Of a stretch of DNA of 64,000 nt, positions 33,907 through 46,753 are shown piece after piece. The position numbers and the translations under genes were made by a program. The stretch lies in NCBI GenBank assembly GCA_964106915.2, contig OZ066917.1, one strand, 5' to 3'. The DNA comes from Podarcis gaigeae. Taxonomy: Eukaryota. Numbering within the stretch: position 1 is the stretch's first letter; the number at the start of each line of letters is the position of its first letter. The notes under the pieces are model-generated. The model saw only the letters and a list, made by a program, of their open reading frames with translations. It searched no databases and had not been told where the DNA came from.

Positions 33907-36233
33907 TTGTGCTGATGAGTGGGTTAAAATTGTTTAAGGCTTTGCTCAGGGGCATTTCACCTCATACTGAACCATAGTTTAGTGTTAACACGTCAACAAG
34001 GTACGTGAGTCTTCCTTAGGGTGTCTTGGGAGTGTTGAAGAAAAAGAAAAACTCTCCTTCCTTTGAGTGATTTGAGCAGGCAGCATTCAAAGCAAGCTTC
34101 AGGTGATTATTGTACATGTGCTAAATGAATTAAGAGAGGTCAGAGAGTGTGGCTATTTGGACAGAGGGGTATTTGGTTCTGTATGAATTTGAATACAATA
34201 ATATCTCATGAAATGCTGATATGTCCGCTCCAGAGCTTCTATCAGCGTGCTGGCGGGATGGGGATAAGGAGAAAGATACTGAATAATTTAAAGCTCAGAA
34301 TTATTTAAAACGATGTTTTCTTTTTAAAAAGGGAGCCGTTCAAAGGTTTCCCAAAACGTGGATCGATGGGGGCGTTTAAAACGCTATATTTATTTTAAAT
34401 AAGTAATTCATATACTTAATATAGCATGAGACTGGTGAAGGAGACACAAATGATTCTAAAAAGGGGTGGTCAATGTCAGCTAAATCAAACAGAAATGAGG
34501 GCCCCATAGGCCACTCTGTCTGAGATGATGATGCCAGAAGCAACATTATTTGGTTCCAAAGGATGCAGGCTAATTCTTCTCTGCAAGCTGGATGTCACCG
34601 ACTAATGAAAATCTATTGGTACAATACTTGCAGGTTACTGTTCCGTGAAACTGTGCCTTTCAGTTGTGTTACTGCAAGCAGGCCATGAATGAAAACAATA
34701 TGAAGGCTTCCAAGTATTTCAATATGCAAAACATATAATGCTATCCTGATTAGAAACAAAGTTTGACAAGATAATGTTGATACAAGGGAAAGGGTGGTGA
34801 AAGATTGCTGTGCATTTATAAGTGTTGGCGGTGCCTTGTAATAAGAAATAACACATCTTAAATATTTATGTAGCGACGGGAAAAACAACCATTCATAATT
34901 CCGCAATATTGTTAGCAGGTGTGAAGCACACAGTTTCGGAAGGTCTCTGCCATCCCAATTGTCATCTGTTAGAGCTGCTAACCATCTGATTTGTATATTT
35001 TCAGATTATTGTGATCAGCAAGAAAAATGGGGGGTGGAGAGAAGCATCAAGATGTGAAGTTTAGTCTACAAAAATGAACCTTATTACACTGATGATGAAT
35101 ATATATTGTGCACCTGGGAAACAATTCAGTCCATGTCTTGAGAATGGAAGTGTGTGTGTGTGGGGGGGGGGGTTAAAGCAGCACATGTGGGAGGCAGAGG
35201 AAAAGATGCAGCTGGAGACTGGATTGTCCTCTTCACTTTGCAAAGCAATAAATGCCACAACTTTTGAGTTTTCTCAAAGGGACTGCCAGCATTTGCCTTG
35301 TGCTACTGTATTCCTAGGGCCTTTCGCCTCTTCTCTCTCTCTCTCTCTCTTGGTTTGCAAAACTACTATGCTTATTTTTATGTTTAGACGCAGTGGCACA
35401 AAGTAGTTTAATTATCCATGAAGAGTCATGAGTACAGAGTTGTATTTTTAAACTTCCTGACCTACCTTTCCCCAGTCATTTTCTGGGCCTTCATGGAGCC
35501 CCCAAACCCATAGGACCCTACCCAACAAAGGTGTCCTATCAGTGCAAGGACTGCCAATTGCACAATGGAACTTCCCCCATTCTCCCCCAATTTGCATCCT
35601 GGATCCTCCTCGAAACTGATCCAGAGTGTTGGGAGAACCGCTAGAACAGATTTCAGGGTCACACAAGGCGAGGAAAAGGGGGAAAGTTGTGGTGCGCAAG
35701 CATAAATCCTTGTCCTGATGGAACAATTTGCTTGGCATTATTTTGGATACCATGGCAAACGGCAATGGTGAGGCTGGCATTTTCCAGCCCAGCATACCTG
35801 GCTCTAGAAAGAATGCCCAAGACACCGCACCAAAGACTGGAGAGGGTGGCCAGCAGCCATCATGGATGGGAGCTGAACTTGGCTTCAAAGCGGAGTGGAT
35901 GATGGTATCGGTACACTGCCACATGGACCCACCATATAGTGAACAGGCCAGGTCACTGAAGGCACATCTGCTGGTGCCAGGCATGATCCCGCAATACCTG
36001 ATTTTGGTGTGAGCATATAAATTGTTGATGATACGACCTTAGCAATTGGTCTCTGACTTGGCAGTCTATCCTTTTATCAGGTTTGCCCTTTAGCAGGCTA
36101 GGAAATGTAAAGGACTAGACCTCTATGATTTCTCTGTCCCTTTCTCTCTTTATTGGCAAAACATACATCTAGCATTGCAGACTTTAACTCACATGGAATA
36201 TATGTGGATGTATACTGCATCCCTGTTTGTAAA

Positions 36234-36545
36234 CAGGGCTGTCTTAAACATATGTGGCACCAGGGTGCAAAGATCTGCCCGGCGCCCCGCCCCCCAGGTT
36301 GCCTTGTCCCAGGTGTGCAGGAGGGCGGAGCCAGCCAGCAGTTTCAGTGTCTCACTGGCTTGGTCACCCCCCGAACTCGCGGCACAGAGCCGCCCACAGC
36401 AGGAGAGCCCACCGCGTAGCTCTGACAGACAGGCGGGCTCTTCCCTGGACTCAACTCTTGGGCCCCAGACTCTCAGCCTGGTGCTCCTGAGAGCCCGGCA
36501 CCCGGGTGCCCCGCACCCCTAGTGCCTATGGGTAAGACGGCCCTG
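36234..36545. mobile_element. GC/CpG-rich non-autonomous hAT element
   Basis: TIRs CAGGGCTGTCTTA / TAAGACGGCCCTG; perfect 8-bp TSD TTTGTAAA (36226-36233, 36546-36553). Confidence 0.9.
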
Positions 36546-37407
36546 TTTGTAAACATCCATGCATGCAGAAGATACAACAGGGTGTGTAAATGTGTAACGC
36601 AGAGACATTAGAAAGATAATAGTGCCAGAGGAGGGTTGGGAAATTTTGAAGAATGTTGGAAAATGTATTCTTCCTTTTACTAGGAATGACTCCTGTAATG
36701 CTTCAACCAACAAGAATTCTGCCTGAGCAGAGACAAACTGCAGATTGTAGATCATCTCTCTGGATGACTCAGAAATCTATAATGAGAACTGTGTTTCAAA
36801 AGGAAGCTAATAAATGAATCTCATATCTGATCTGCAATGTTGCTGGTGAGGCTAGCCCAAAGTGAATGTAAGAACATTATGATTAAAAAAAAGAGTTGAT
36901 GTATCCACCTTGCTGCCTGTCTTGCAAGGTGCTTAGTTGCAAGGTGCAGGGCAGGTACGCAAGAGAGCTGTGAGAGTCTCTGAAACACAACAAGATAAAT
37001 TGACACAGAGTCTGAGACTCCAACCTCCTAACGAAGAAAAAGCACAAGGAAGATCTATTCCCCTTAATATACGGTATCATGAAAGACATCTCATCAAAAT
37101 GTGGCAATGAAAAACTATTCCTGACCCTTTGAAAAGTGAGGGATGACATCCTGCCATGCAGAAATCTAATGGGAAGCCAGAAAGAGACAAGAAATGATTA
37201 ATGGGGTTGGGTGATCAACCATCCAAGAGAGCATTTATCCAAGGCTCTTGTGCAATATTCACAACTGGGCTCCAGGTTTTCTCAAGTTGCTTTCTCAGAG
37301 CCTCTTTGGGTTTCCATGGCAAACAAAAAACAAAAAAACCCCACATGACTCAAAACGTAGGAGAATTTTGCACCAAAATGGTGGTGGGTTTTTATCAGTT
37401 TCATATA

Positions 37408-37649
37408 CAGTGGTACCTCTCGTTACATACTTAATTCGTTCCGGAGGTCCGTTCTTAACCTTAAACTGATCTTAACCTGAAGCACCACTTTAGCTAATGG
37501 GGCCTCCCACTGCTGCTGCGCCGCTGGAGCACAATTTCTGTTCTCATCCTGAAGCAAAGTTCTTAACCCAAGGTACTATTTCTGGGTTAGCGGAGTCTGT
37601 AGCCTGAAGCGTATGTAACCTGAAGCGTATGTAACCAGAGGTACCACTG
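37408..37649. mobile_element. pogo/Tc1-mariner-type MITE, 242 bp, nested in an AT-rich transposon remnant (~37355-37752)
   Basis: TIR CAGTGGTACCTC / GAGGTACCACTG with TA flanks; the host element resumes and ends CCCATTCCTA. Confidence 0.9.
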
Positions 37650-38470
37650 TATATATATATGAATTTTGCTGCAGAAATGTACAAAACTGGATTTTAGATT
37701 GGGAAAAAAGAGACATGGAGGCAACAGAAGTAAACAAATCTGCCCATTCCTAGCCTGAAGGGATAACGTTCACTGACACGCAGCATCTGGGTCTGATGGG
37801 GTCACAGGTTGAAAGCGGCAACATCATTCCAATATCCTGTTCTGGTGACTATTGCTGGTACAAGTACTGGGAAGATTGTACCTTAAGTTGCTTAGACCTC
37901 CCCCTTTTGAAGGACTCTAAAATTTGCCCATTTGGTACATGCTCTAGTCCCTTCAACTATCTTGTGATTACCAAGTCCTGTTTTGCTACTAAGGATTTTG
38001 TTACTTAATTTATAAGTACAGACACCATTGAAAAAAGAGTTGGGGATGGCAAAGCAACTGGGAGGCATTTTCTGCTTGCAGATCCATATCTAGTAAGATT
38101 GAAAATGCTGATAAACATTGAGAGAAGTCAGGTTAGTAAATCTGCACTGTTCTCAAGACATTTGGGAACTAAGAAGAAAAGCAATAATTAAACAGGAAAA
38201 TATACAAATACGAGTGCTAGCCTGCTATGAGAGGAAATTATTTCTGACTTGATGGCAAAAGAATGCAGAAGAATATTTTATGTAAAAGTGTGTATATGTG
38301 TCCACACACACAGAGGGTTTTTCTTCCTTTGCTGAGTCATGAGATTGAATTATCGTATGTCATATCTTCCAGCCTCTTGAGAAGATTGGTCTTGAATGTC
38401 AGGCTTTAGGTGCCAATGAATTCAATGATTCGTCTTCTGAAAATGAGACTCCTCAAGAATATTTTGAAGG

Positions 38471-38505
<35 letters not shown>

Positions 38506-38925
38506 TTATTATCTGGCTGGGTTTCCCCAGCTACTCTGGGCGGCTCCCAACAGAATTTTAAACAGAATAAAACTTCAAACATAAAAAACTTCCCTAAACA
38601 GTGCTGCCTTCAGATGTCTTCTAAAAGTCAGGTAGTTGTTTATTTCCTTGACATCTGATGGGAGGGTGTTCCACAGGGCAGGCACCACCACTGAGAAGGC
38701 CCTCTGCCTGGTTCCCTGTAACATCACTTCTTGCAGGGAGGGAACCACCAGAAGGCCCTCGGTGCTGAACCTCAGTGTCTGGGCAGAACAATGGGGGTGG
38801 AGACACTTCTGGTATACTGGGCCAAGGCCATTTAGGGCTTTAAAGGTCAGCACCAACACTTTGAATTGTGCTCGGAAACGTACTGGGAGCCAATGTAGGT
38901 CTTTTAGGACTGGTGTTATGTTGTC
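38471..38925 (-). mobile_element. L2-clade LINE 3' fragment
   Basis: The antisense strand encodes LVLTFKALNGLGP..RQRAFSVVVPALWNTLP..FRRHLKAALF, with an (AAT)n tail. Confidence 0.92.
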
Positions 38926-39877
38926 TCAGCAGATGGGAAGCCTCCATGGAGTGAAAGTAAATTATATGAAACAATGAGTCTTTGAGTCTGTAGCAACATT
39001 TCCAGTTTCTAATTCCTGATTGAAGAGATGTCAGCTTAATTCACTCACCTAACTGAGCAATGGATGACGACAATGACATTAATAGGGCTTGTGTGCATGG
39101 GGAAAGAGTTCCACTCCATTCTGTTGACACACAGATCCATACTGCAAAATTGGATCATCAAATGCAAATCCATGAAATACTATTTCAATATGTTGCTGTG
39201 ACTCAAATCCACTAAAAGAGTTTCCTAGAAGTCCTCCTCCCATCTTCTGCAACATCTGAACTTTGACCATTCACTAATATTTGAGTCAACATTCATCTTT
39301 CAAAGAAGACTTATGGACATAAACATTTATGATTCCTTTCCATCCTAACTGAATGAAGCCAGCCACTTTTCTTCTGTAGGAGGGGGAGTCACCCACAGTG
39401 CACCTTCCCATTTGATTGCCATGGTGACAACTGATTTGAATCTGGATCAATCCAGTCATTCATAATCTGAACAGCTTATCCCGTGATGGTGTTACCAGGC
39501 TACAAGTGAAATTCTTTCAACTAATTGGTGGAACCTCTGTCCTGCTCTTCACATTTATTCTTCAATATTTACTCCAGTCATTTTACATCATTTGCATAAC
39601 TAGCACAGCAAAGAATGACATTCTACTCAGCAGGGCTCTCTGATACTACATTCCCCAAAATTTTACTCTCCCCTTAGGTGTTAACATGAACACAGACACA
39701 TCAGGAAATCAGGAAATCAAGATGTGGAAGAGCTCATTTTGCAATATCAGTTACTGTTGGGAACCCCAACCATTTTTGACCTGGTGCCACAGTTGAAAAA
39801 CTGTGGCTGAGGATGCTCTGGTGCCAACAGGTGCCACACAGGGGACCCCTGAATGATTTGTGGACCCTTTAAGCCAA

Positions 39878-39990
39878 GTCTGGGGAACAGTTGCCCCTCT
39901 GGATGTTGCTGAGCTACAAATCCCATCCTCCATGCTTGCTGGGGCTGATGGGAGTTGTAGCTGAGCCACATCTGGGAGGCCCATGCCTGT
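39878..39990. mobile_element. hAT hairpin MITE, degenerate
   Basis: GGATGTTGCTGAGCTACAAATCCCATC..GATGGGAGTTGTAGCTGAGCCACATCTG inverted arms. Confidence 0.7.
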
Positions 39991-40038
39991 TTTAAGCATT
40001 TTGTAAAAATATACAAAACAAACCCTTATATCATCCCA

Positions 40039-40132
40039 TTTTGGTGAGATTTTGATTCAAACCTCTTGTATGAGGAAAAAATATTTTTGGTGAGATTTTG
40101 ATTCAAACCTCTTGTATGAGGGGAAAAATATT
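40039..40132. repeat. Tandem duplication, ~46-bp unit x2
   Basis: TTTTGGTGAGATTTTGATTCAAACCTCTTGTATGAGG..AAAAATAT starts at 40039 and again at 40085. Confidence 0.95.
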
Positions 40133-40819
40133 CTGTTGAGTATTGGAATCCTAGTCAAGATCACCTATTTCAAGAGTTTCATCCTTCCATGACCACTAAC
40201 CATATGTTGATGCTTTAGTCATCCTTGGCTACAATCTGAGTTTATATTTATTTAGTGCCTCACGTCCAAGCTTACAATTCAAAACAACATGTAGTCACAG
40301 AGTAATTTAGATTTGCCCTCTTGCTCTTGTTTTTATTTCTCCTTTCTTTGGCAGAAAAAAGCAATGCTCACTTCTTTGTGTTGATGCTTCTCTCCTTCAG
40401 GGACTGAGAAGAGTGGACTTTTCTGACAGAGCTGATTAAATAAGCAGTAAAATTACACAGAGCAGGAATGGATGGATCAGTCTATTTCCAGTTCATCTCA
40501 CATTTGGTCCTCCCGCCCAAGTCTGTCCTGTCCAATTTCTATTTATATCTGCATGGTCCAGGGGAGTTGATTATTCCCCCTTTTTTTCTTGCTGGGCCAA
40601 GGGGGTTGTCCTTAAGTATTCCAGGGGTGGGGAACTGGATCTCAGTGGTGGGCCAGGTGCTTATCTCTTCCACCCCTTGTGGGTCAAGGAGGATGGCACA
40701 AAATTGAGAAGATCCATAATTTGGGGACACCAAATTTTAGCACCTCACAGGGTGCCATATTATGAAATATTTCCAAAGTCCATCCCGGCCTGAAGATGTA
40801 AATTGTCTTGTCCCTTGCA

Positions 40820-41110
40820 GGCAATGGTGTGAAACAATGGCTGCCTCCATTGCTTCTCATGATGCACAGAGTTTCTTTAAAGCCACAAAGACCATCTGTG
40901 GGCCAATAAATCATGGCATATGCCCCCTACGCTCAGCAGATGCTACCACACTTCTAAAAGATAAAGAAGCTATTGCACTGCGCTGGAAAGAACATTACCA
41001 ACATCTCCTTAACAGCAACTCCCCCATAGCTGCCGAGATCATAGAATCATAGAGTCCTCTCACAAATTCCGCAAAAACAAGTTAGAGATTGCAGTATCTC
41101 CAAATCTACC
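40820..41110 (+). mobile_element. RTE-clade LINE internal ORF fragment (non-Bov-B type)
   Basis: ASHDAQSFFKATKTICGP..CPLRSADATTLLKDKEAIALRWKEHYQHLLN..VLSQIPQ resembles the endonuclease-RT linker of RTE elements. Confidence 0.8.
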
Positions 41111-42358
41111 AGTGACCGCCAAAGAAAAAATTATCTAGTCTTAAAAGGAGAATGTGAAACACAAAGGCAGCCTGCTCAGACCTTGTCATCACACAGTAAG
41201 TTTGGATAAAGAAAGCTGGAGTCAGAGTATGTTCCAATTTGCAGATCTGTTCAGAAGGTGAGAATGAAGATCAGTTTGCTTTCAGGTGTGTTCTATGAAA
41301 CTCCTCCAGTGCCCTCACATAGATTCTTGCACTTGAGTTCATCTGACTAGAGATACAGCCCTGTGATGAACACTGCTATGTCACCATATTAAAAAATGGC
41401 GGGGCTGGAAGAAAAACATTATATATGATCATTGCACATCGGCGAAGTATTTTGCAAATTTATGGCACTTCATCATCCTCTTTCTTTTTGCCATCCATTA
41501 AGGTCAGCATAAAAAACACACAGAAGGTGACTTCTCTAATCTAAAGCATTTTGTATCGGCTGGAGGTTCTGCTGTAGTAATTTCCTGACACTTTTAAATG
41601 AAGAGTATCTGATGTTACCTTCAGATATGACACACATGGCAGTGATTCAGCCAGCAACAACTTAATGTCTCAGCAATTGGTGTTTATTGTGTACCTTTTC
41701 CCTAAGTGGTAAAAAAAAAAGTTTTTTTGCGGAGCAGAATTTCATAGAGAAGCTTCCCTGCCAGGGTGGAGCAATCTTTCTTGGGTAATCTCTTTTTATT
41801 CAGGCAAGAATCCTGACACTGCTAATCTTATTGATCATTGCAGTGGAAGAAGAGCAGGCATTAAGAGCATTGAGCTGCACCAACACAAGCTGCTGAAATT
41901 ATTTTGCTGAAGGTGGAAATAACTTTTCCAGTCTTTTTTTCCAGACCTGTTTCCAGGACGCCAGGGACTGGCCCTCTCAGGGATGGCCCCAGATCTATAG
42001 GACCTCCTTTCCTGGAGGTGCATAAAAGTACTTTGAAAACATTTTATTCTATTTCCCCTTCAGCTAGTTTTAGTGGCTGAAAAAAGTAATATATCTGTTC
42101 TACTGCACACTTTTCATATTGAATTTTATTTAATGGTTTTATTCTGGTTCTTGTTTCATCTGCTGTGATGGAAAATGTTTAAATGCTAATGTTTTTTCCT
42201 TCAGTTTTGAAGTTGTGTCCCTCCCTCCCCACCCCCCTACTTTGATGTGTTTTATATGTTTTGGGGGAAATCATTTTCTGTAAGCCACCTTGCAAAAGCT
42301 ATGTGTCCTGAAAGGCGGTGGCGGGGTGGGGTGGGTGTGGGTGTATTAAACTCACAAA

Positions 42359-42395
42359 AACAAACAAACAAACAAACAAACAAACAAACAAACAA
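42359..42395. repeat. (CAAA)n microsatellite at the end of an old L2-like fragment (~41900-42350)
   Basis: Direct observation. Confidence 0.9.
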
Positions 42396-43303
42396 AAATA
42401 TTTTAAATGGAGTTGATTCCTCTAGAAGGATTAGCAGCAGCTACATGCTCAAAGAGCCTTGACACCAAACAGCTGCAAATCGCAGACTCTTCCCCTTCTA
42501 TCTTCCAGTTGTTCATGTCTGCTGTTTACCAAGCAGATGGGGGTGGGTGGTAGCTAGAAGCCACCAGCTATCAAGGCTGCTAAGCAAGTACCTTCAGCTA
42601 CACAAACTATGCAATCATCTCAAGAGAAGAACCTTCTGAATATCTAAAAAGGAATCATGTCTAAGAAACTCCAAAGAAAACAATACATATTCATGCCTGA
42701 AGATTCACATTCTGTGACAGACAGGAGGGTATTTCCCTTGTCATACTAATTAAAGCGGAGGCATTGCTATACTGCATGTATAAAGCAGCTGGGTGTTTTC
42801 TCCCTAGCAGTTGCACCTGGATTTTGACTTGAGGACAGCATGTGTAGAAGAAGGAGCTGCCGATGTCAGTTGGTATCAACCTTGGCTTTCTATCAATGGC
42901 ATGACCTGGCTGATGAAAGGAGATTGTGACTAGGATATAAAAAAGATTAATTTCCTCTTCGGTTCCAAGTGAGTGGCACAGCTCACACACCTGGAATTCT
43001 TTCCACTTGGTTTGCATTTACAGATTTTTCCTTCATGCATGAAATGGCACAGTGCTTGATTCTTCTGATTACTGGGCTTCTTGATTTGTTTCCTATTTCA
43101 CTTTCCACCTGAGGCCATCTCACTGTTTCCTAGACTTTAAATAGGGAGATGGTTTTGGATGATGGTTTTGTATGAACATAATGGCAGAGATTACCAGGCA
43201 GCAACAGTGGGTTCTAAGCCCAAGGGTATGACTTTGACTGCAATCCTACACCTACCTTCCTAGTCACAACTGCCCTAAACATTTTTAAAAGCACCATGAT
43301 ACC

Positions 43304-43628
43304 AGAAGAAGAAGAAGAAGAAGAAGAAGAAGAAGGAGGAGGAGGAGGAGGAGGAGGAGGAGGAGGAGGAGGAGGAGGGGAGGAGGAGGAGTTTGGATTT
43401 GATATCCCGCTTTATCACTACCCGAAGGAGTCTCAAAACAGCTAACATTCTCCTTTCCATTCCTCCCCCACAACAAACACTCTGTGAGGTGAGTGGGGCT
43501 GAGAGACTTTAGAGAAGTGTGACTAGCCCAAGGTCACCCAGCAGCTACATGTGGAGGAGCGGGGAAGTGAACCCGGTTCACCAGATTACGAGTCCACCGC
43601 TCTTAACCACTACACCACACTGGTTCTC
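43304..43628 (-). mobile_element. Squam3-type tRNA-derived SINE with (CTC)n(CTT)n tail, inserted in a Harbinger-like MITE remnant (~43270-43775)
   Basis: The minus strand reads GAGAACCAGTGTGGTGTAGTGGTTAAGAGCGGTGGACTCGTAATCTGGTGAACCGGGTTCAC..GCGGGATATCAAATCCAAAC plus tail. Confidence 0.88.
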
Positions 43629-43897
43629 ATGGCTTCCTCCAAAGAACCCTATGAAATGTCTTTTGTTAAAGGTGCTGAGAGAATTATTAGGAGATCCGTG
43701 TTCCCCTCACAGAATTACAATTTCCAGTATGGTTTAGCAACCAATCTCACTTCCCAGGGAATTATGGGAGTTCTTTGACTTTTGCATGCAAAGCAGGTGT
43801 TTTGCCACATACCTATGACCCTTCTCCTAACCACTGTTAGTCTGGCACTGTATGATAAGCAGCCTCGTATAACCAACATGCTTAAGTCTGCTTAATG

Positions 43898-44033
43898 CAG
43901 TGTTTCCCAACCTTGTGCCTCCAGATGTTTTTGGCCTACAACTCCCATCATCCCTAGCTAGCAAGACCAGTGGTCAGGGATGATGGGAGTTGTAGGCCAA
44001 AAACATCTGGAGGCACAAGGTTGGGAAACACTG
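43898..44033. mobile_element. Young hAT hairpin MITE, 136 bp
   Basis: Perfect 58-bp inverted arms (43898-43955 / 43976-44033); perfect 8-bp TSD GCTTAATG. Confidence 0.95.
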
Positions 44034-44629
44034 GCTTAATGCATACAGAGATTAAGACCATAGAGTAAGCTGTCCTGCCAGGCTTAGCTAGGTCATTCCC
44101 CTTAACCTTGAGGGGGTAATAAAGCCTATTTGTTCACTCTCCAGTCTACCTGGAGGTTCAGTGTGTGAAAGTGCTAAGCTAGTTGTTCCAGCTCAGGCTG
44201 CATGGCTCTCAAAAGCCACTCTTGAGATTCTATACCAATAATTTAGAAACTCCTACCACTTTGAAACTAAGACAAGCTTTACTGCCTGTGCAACTTTTTC
44301 TGAATGCTGTATGGAAAAGCACATGAGCCAGACCTTTGAAGAGTTTGTAAGTAAACCAATTTTAAACTTACCGAATGTGTGGTCTTTTCCCTATGCTGGG
44401 GAAGTTTTGGAATTCTCAAGGGCATATTTAAAGGTCTATAACAGCCTACAATTCCAGGCTTTATTTTGCTGCATATTTTTAATTTTAAATCTTTTCCGGG
44501 GTTCTCTCACCAAGGAGTACTTGCCTCAGACTTGGATATTGGCATCTAGGAATTCTCCTTTTATACCTATTTTTTTTCCTTGCACCAACAAGCACATTAT
44601 AGAACTGCTCCTTTAGTTGCTTATATTTC

Positions 44630-45090
44630 TCTTGGCTGAACTTAAAGTGTTGGTGCTAACCTTTAGAGCAATAAATGACTTGGGACCCAAGTATCTGTAG
44701 AAACACCCTTCCCAATATTAGTTGGCCTAAGCTCTTAGATCTGGAGGGCAGACCTTCCTTGTGGCTCCACCATTAGGGAAGATACATTAGGTGGTGGCTT
44801 GAGATGGGACCTTCTCCATGGTGGTGCAGCCAGCTTGTATAATGCCCTCGGAAGCATGATTTGGGCTGATGCTGTTGCATTTCACCACCAAATAAAAATA
44901 CACCTTCCATGATTTCAGTCTGCCATGTTAATGAGAGCCATTGTGGGGCGTCTGAGGTTAGATGCTGATTTTGTGGTTATGCTATTTTCCGTTTTAGTAC
45001 TTCATTGATTGTGGTTTTGGTGGTTATGTAACTTCCCTGAGACCCTTGGATGAAGGGTGGGTTAAAAATTTATCAGACAAATGAATAAAT
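44630..45090 (+). mobile_element. Old L2-clade LINE 3' fragment
   Basis: KVLVLTFRAINDLGPKYL at the start; ends ..GAAGGGTGGGTTAAAAATTTA..AATAAATA. Confidence 0.7.
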
Positions 45091-45694
45091 AGAAGTATAT
45101 AGCAGCACAACATTTAAATTTTCTGGTAACAATAATTATTATGAACATCTTGTCTGAAGGTCAGATTTAAGTTTCAACATTTGATGTTGATCGCCTTCAA
45201 TCAGGCAGCAAATTACACTATCAACAACAGAAAGATCACTTTTAGAAGTAATCACATCGTTGATGCTTATAATTAACACTACTTTCCCTTTAATAAGGAG
45301 CATTTACAAATAACAGAAATTACTTATATACATGCCAATTTCAAGAACCACAGTGACTAATTCTATTAGCTTGCTTTTTAAGAGGCTATTTTTATGTTTT
45401 AAAAGTGCAATATGCTTTTGTTTCTATCATTCACTGAAAACCTCCTCTTAGGTCACCACCAAATAACCTTTTTATTGAACACTTATCCTGATTTGTTGGA
45501 GACGATGACTATACAATGTTGGCTGCTTATTGAGCATTCATTTTGTTATTTTTTTTGTGGGAAGTTATATGACATCATGTCAAGCAATTGTTATCCCACA
45601 ATTCCCCATACATTTTCAAGTCACTTTCCTTACCACAAAATGTTTGGTTTTCTTTGGAATGGTATTTGTGGCTCAACAATGCCAAATTCACTTT

Positions 45695-45734
45695 AATTAT
45701 GCGACCTGAATTATGTGACCTGAATTATGCAACC
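45695..45734. repeat. 14-bp tandem repeat, ~3 copies (AATTATGYGACCTG)
   Basis: Direct observation. Confidence 0.85.
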
Positions 45735-46486
45735 GTGTGTGCTTGAGTCTTGCTCAATAGTCTTGTGAAATAGTCTGGAAGACACCATACATTTAAAGCA
45801 CATTTCCTCTTCACAGAGCTACAAAAGTCCAAGCACCCTTAATAAACTAGTCTCCACAGTTCTTTTGGGTGTGGTTGGGTGCTTTAAATGTATGTTGTGT
45901 GCCCAGTCTTGTTTTCATAACAAGTCCTCTGATTACCAAGGAGTAGCAAAACTCTAATAATTCAACTTTTACACCCATACTGAGCTGCTCAGATTTCTGA
46001 CAGCGAGCTCAAAATCCACCCCAACAATCTCTGACTGAGATTACTAATGAATGCGATCTATCCCCACAGTCTGTTTACTAAACTGAGAATATTCTGTCAT
46101 TTGTGTTCTTTTTACATATTTTGGCACCATGGTTAACTTCCCTCAAAGGAACTATTCTGTTCTGAGCAATAGCCATCACATTTGTCAAAAAGCAAGTGAA
46201 CTTTTTCAATATCCCAGAATGTATCCAGGACACCCAGTCTTCCCATCTGGGTGCATTTTGTCTCCACACTCCTTTGTGCTTCTCCTATAATTGCTCTTCT
46301 ATAAAACAGACCTATCCATTCTATGCAGCCGTCTTGCAGAGGGAAGCGATGTGATCTACTCCCAGCATAACTTTGTTTTATGGCCTTATTTTGCTTCATA
46401 GGTGGCTTTTGCCTCTTTGTTATCTACTTTCAGAAGGCAATTTTCTCCATTGATTTGAAATATTGTACTATGTAGCATTACTTGAA

Positions 46487-46490
<4 letters not shown>

Positions 46491-46525
<35 letters not shown>
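46491..46525. repeat. (CT)n microsatellite
   Basis: Direct observation. Confidence 0.98.
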
Positions 46526-46527
<2 letters not shown>

Positions 46528-46753
46528 AAATGGAGGAATATTTTAAAAATATAGCATACTATACACATTAAGATCACACGGGGAAGAACTGTGCTTCATT
46601 TTTTATAGCAGTATATTGAACTTGATCACATGAGAATCCACATTTTGGCTTGGGAAGGCATTCCATAGCTTTTCAAATATCTTTTTGTTCATAAATTATC
46701 TCTCCAGTTTACCATACTTGGACCTGTTTTCAACAAATGCTTGGAAAGTAAAT

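Noticed and set aside
35448-35984. 178-aa minus-strand ORF
   Set aside because: No recognisable domain or codon bias; probably GC-richer repeat-derived sequence.
36250-36530. Apparent CpG-island promoter
   Set aside because: It lies entirely within a TIR/TSD-bounded hAT element.
39079-39270. Protein-looking 63-aa minus-strand ORF
   Set aside because: No family recognised, no convincing splice sites and no codon bias.
43275-43476. Poly-Ser/Phe and poly-Leu ORFs
   Set aside because: Translations of the SINE microsatellite tail.
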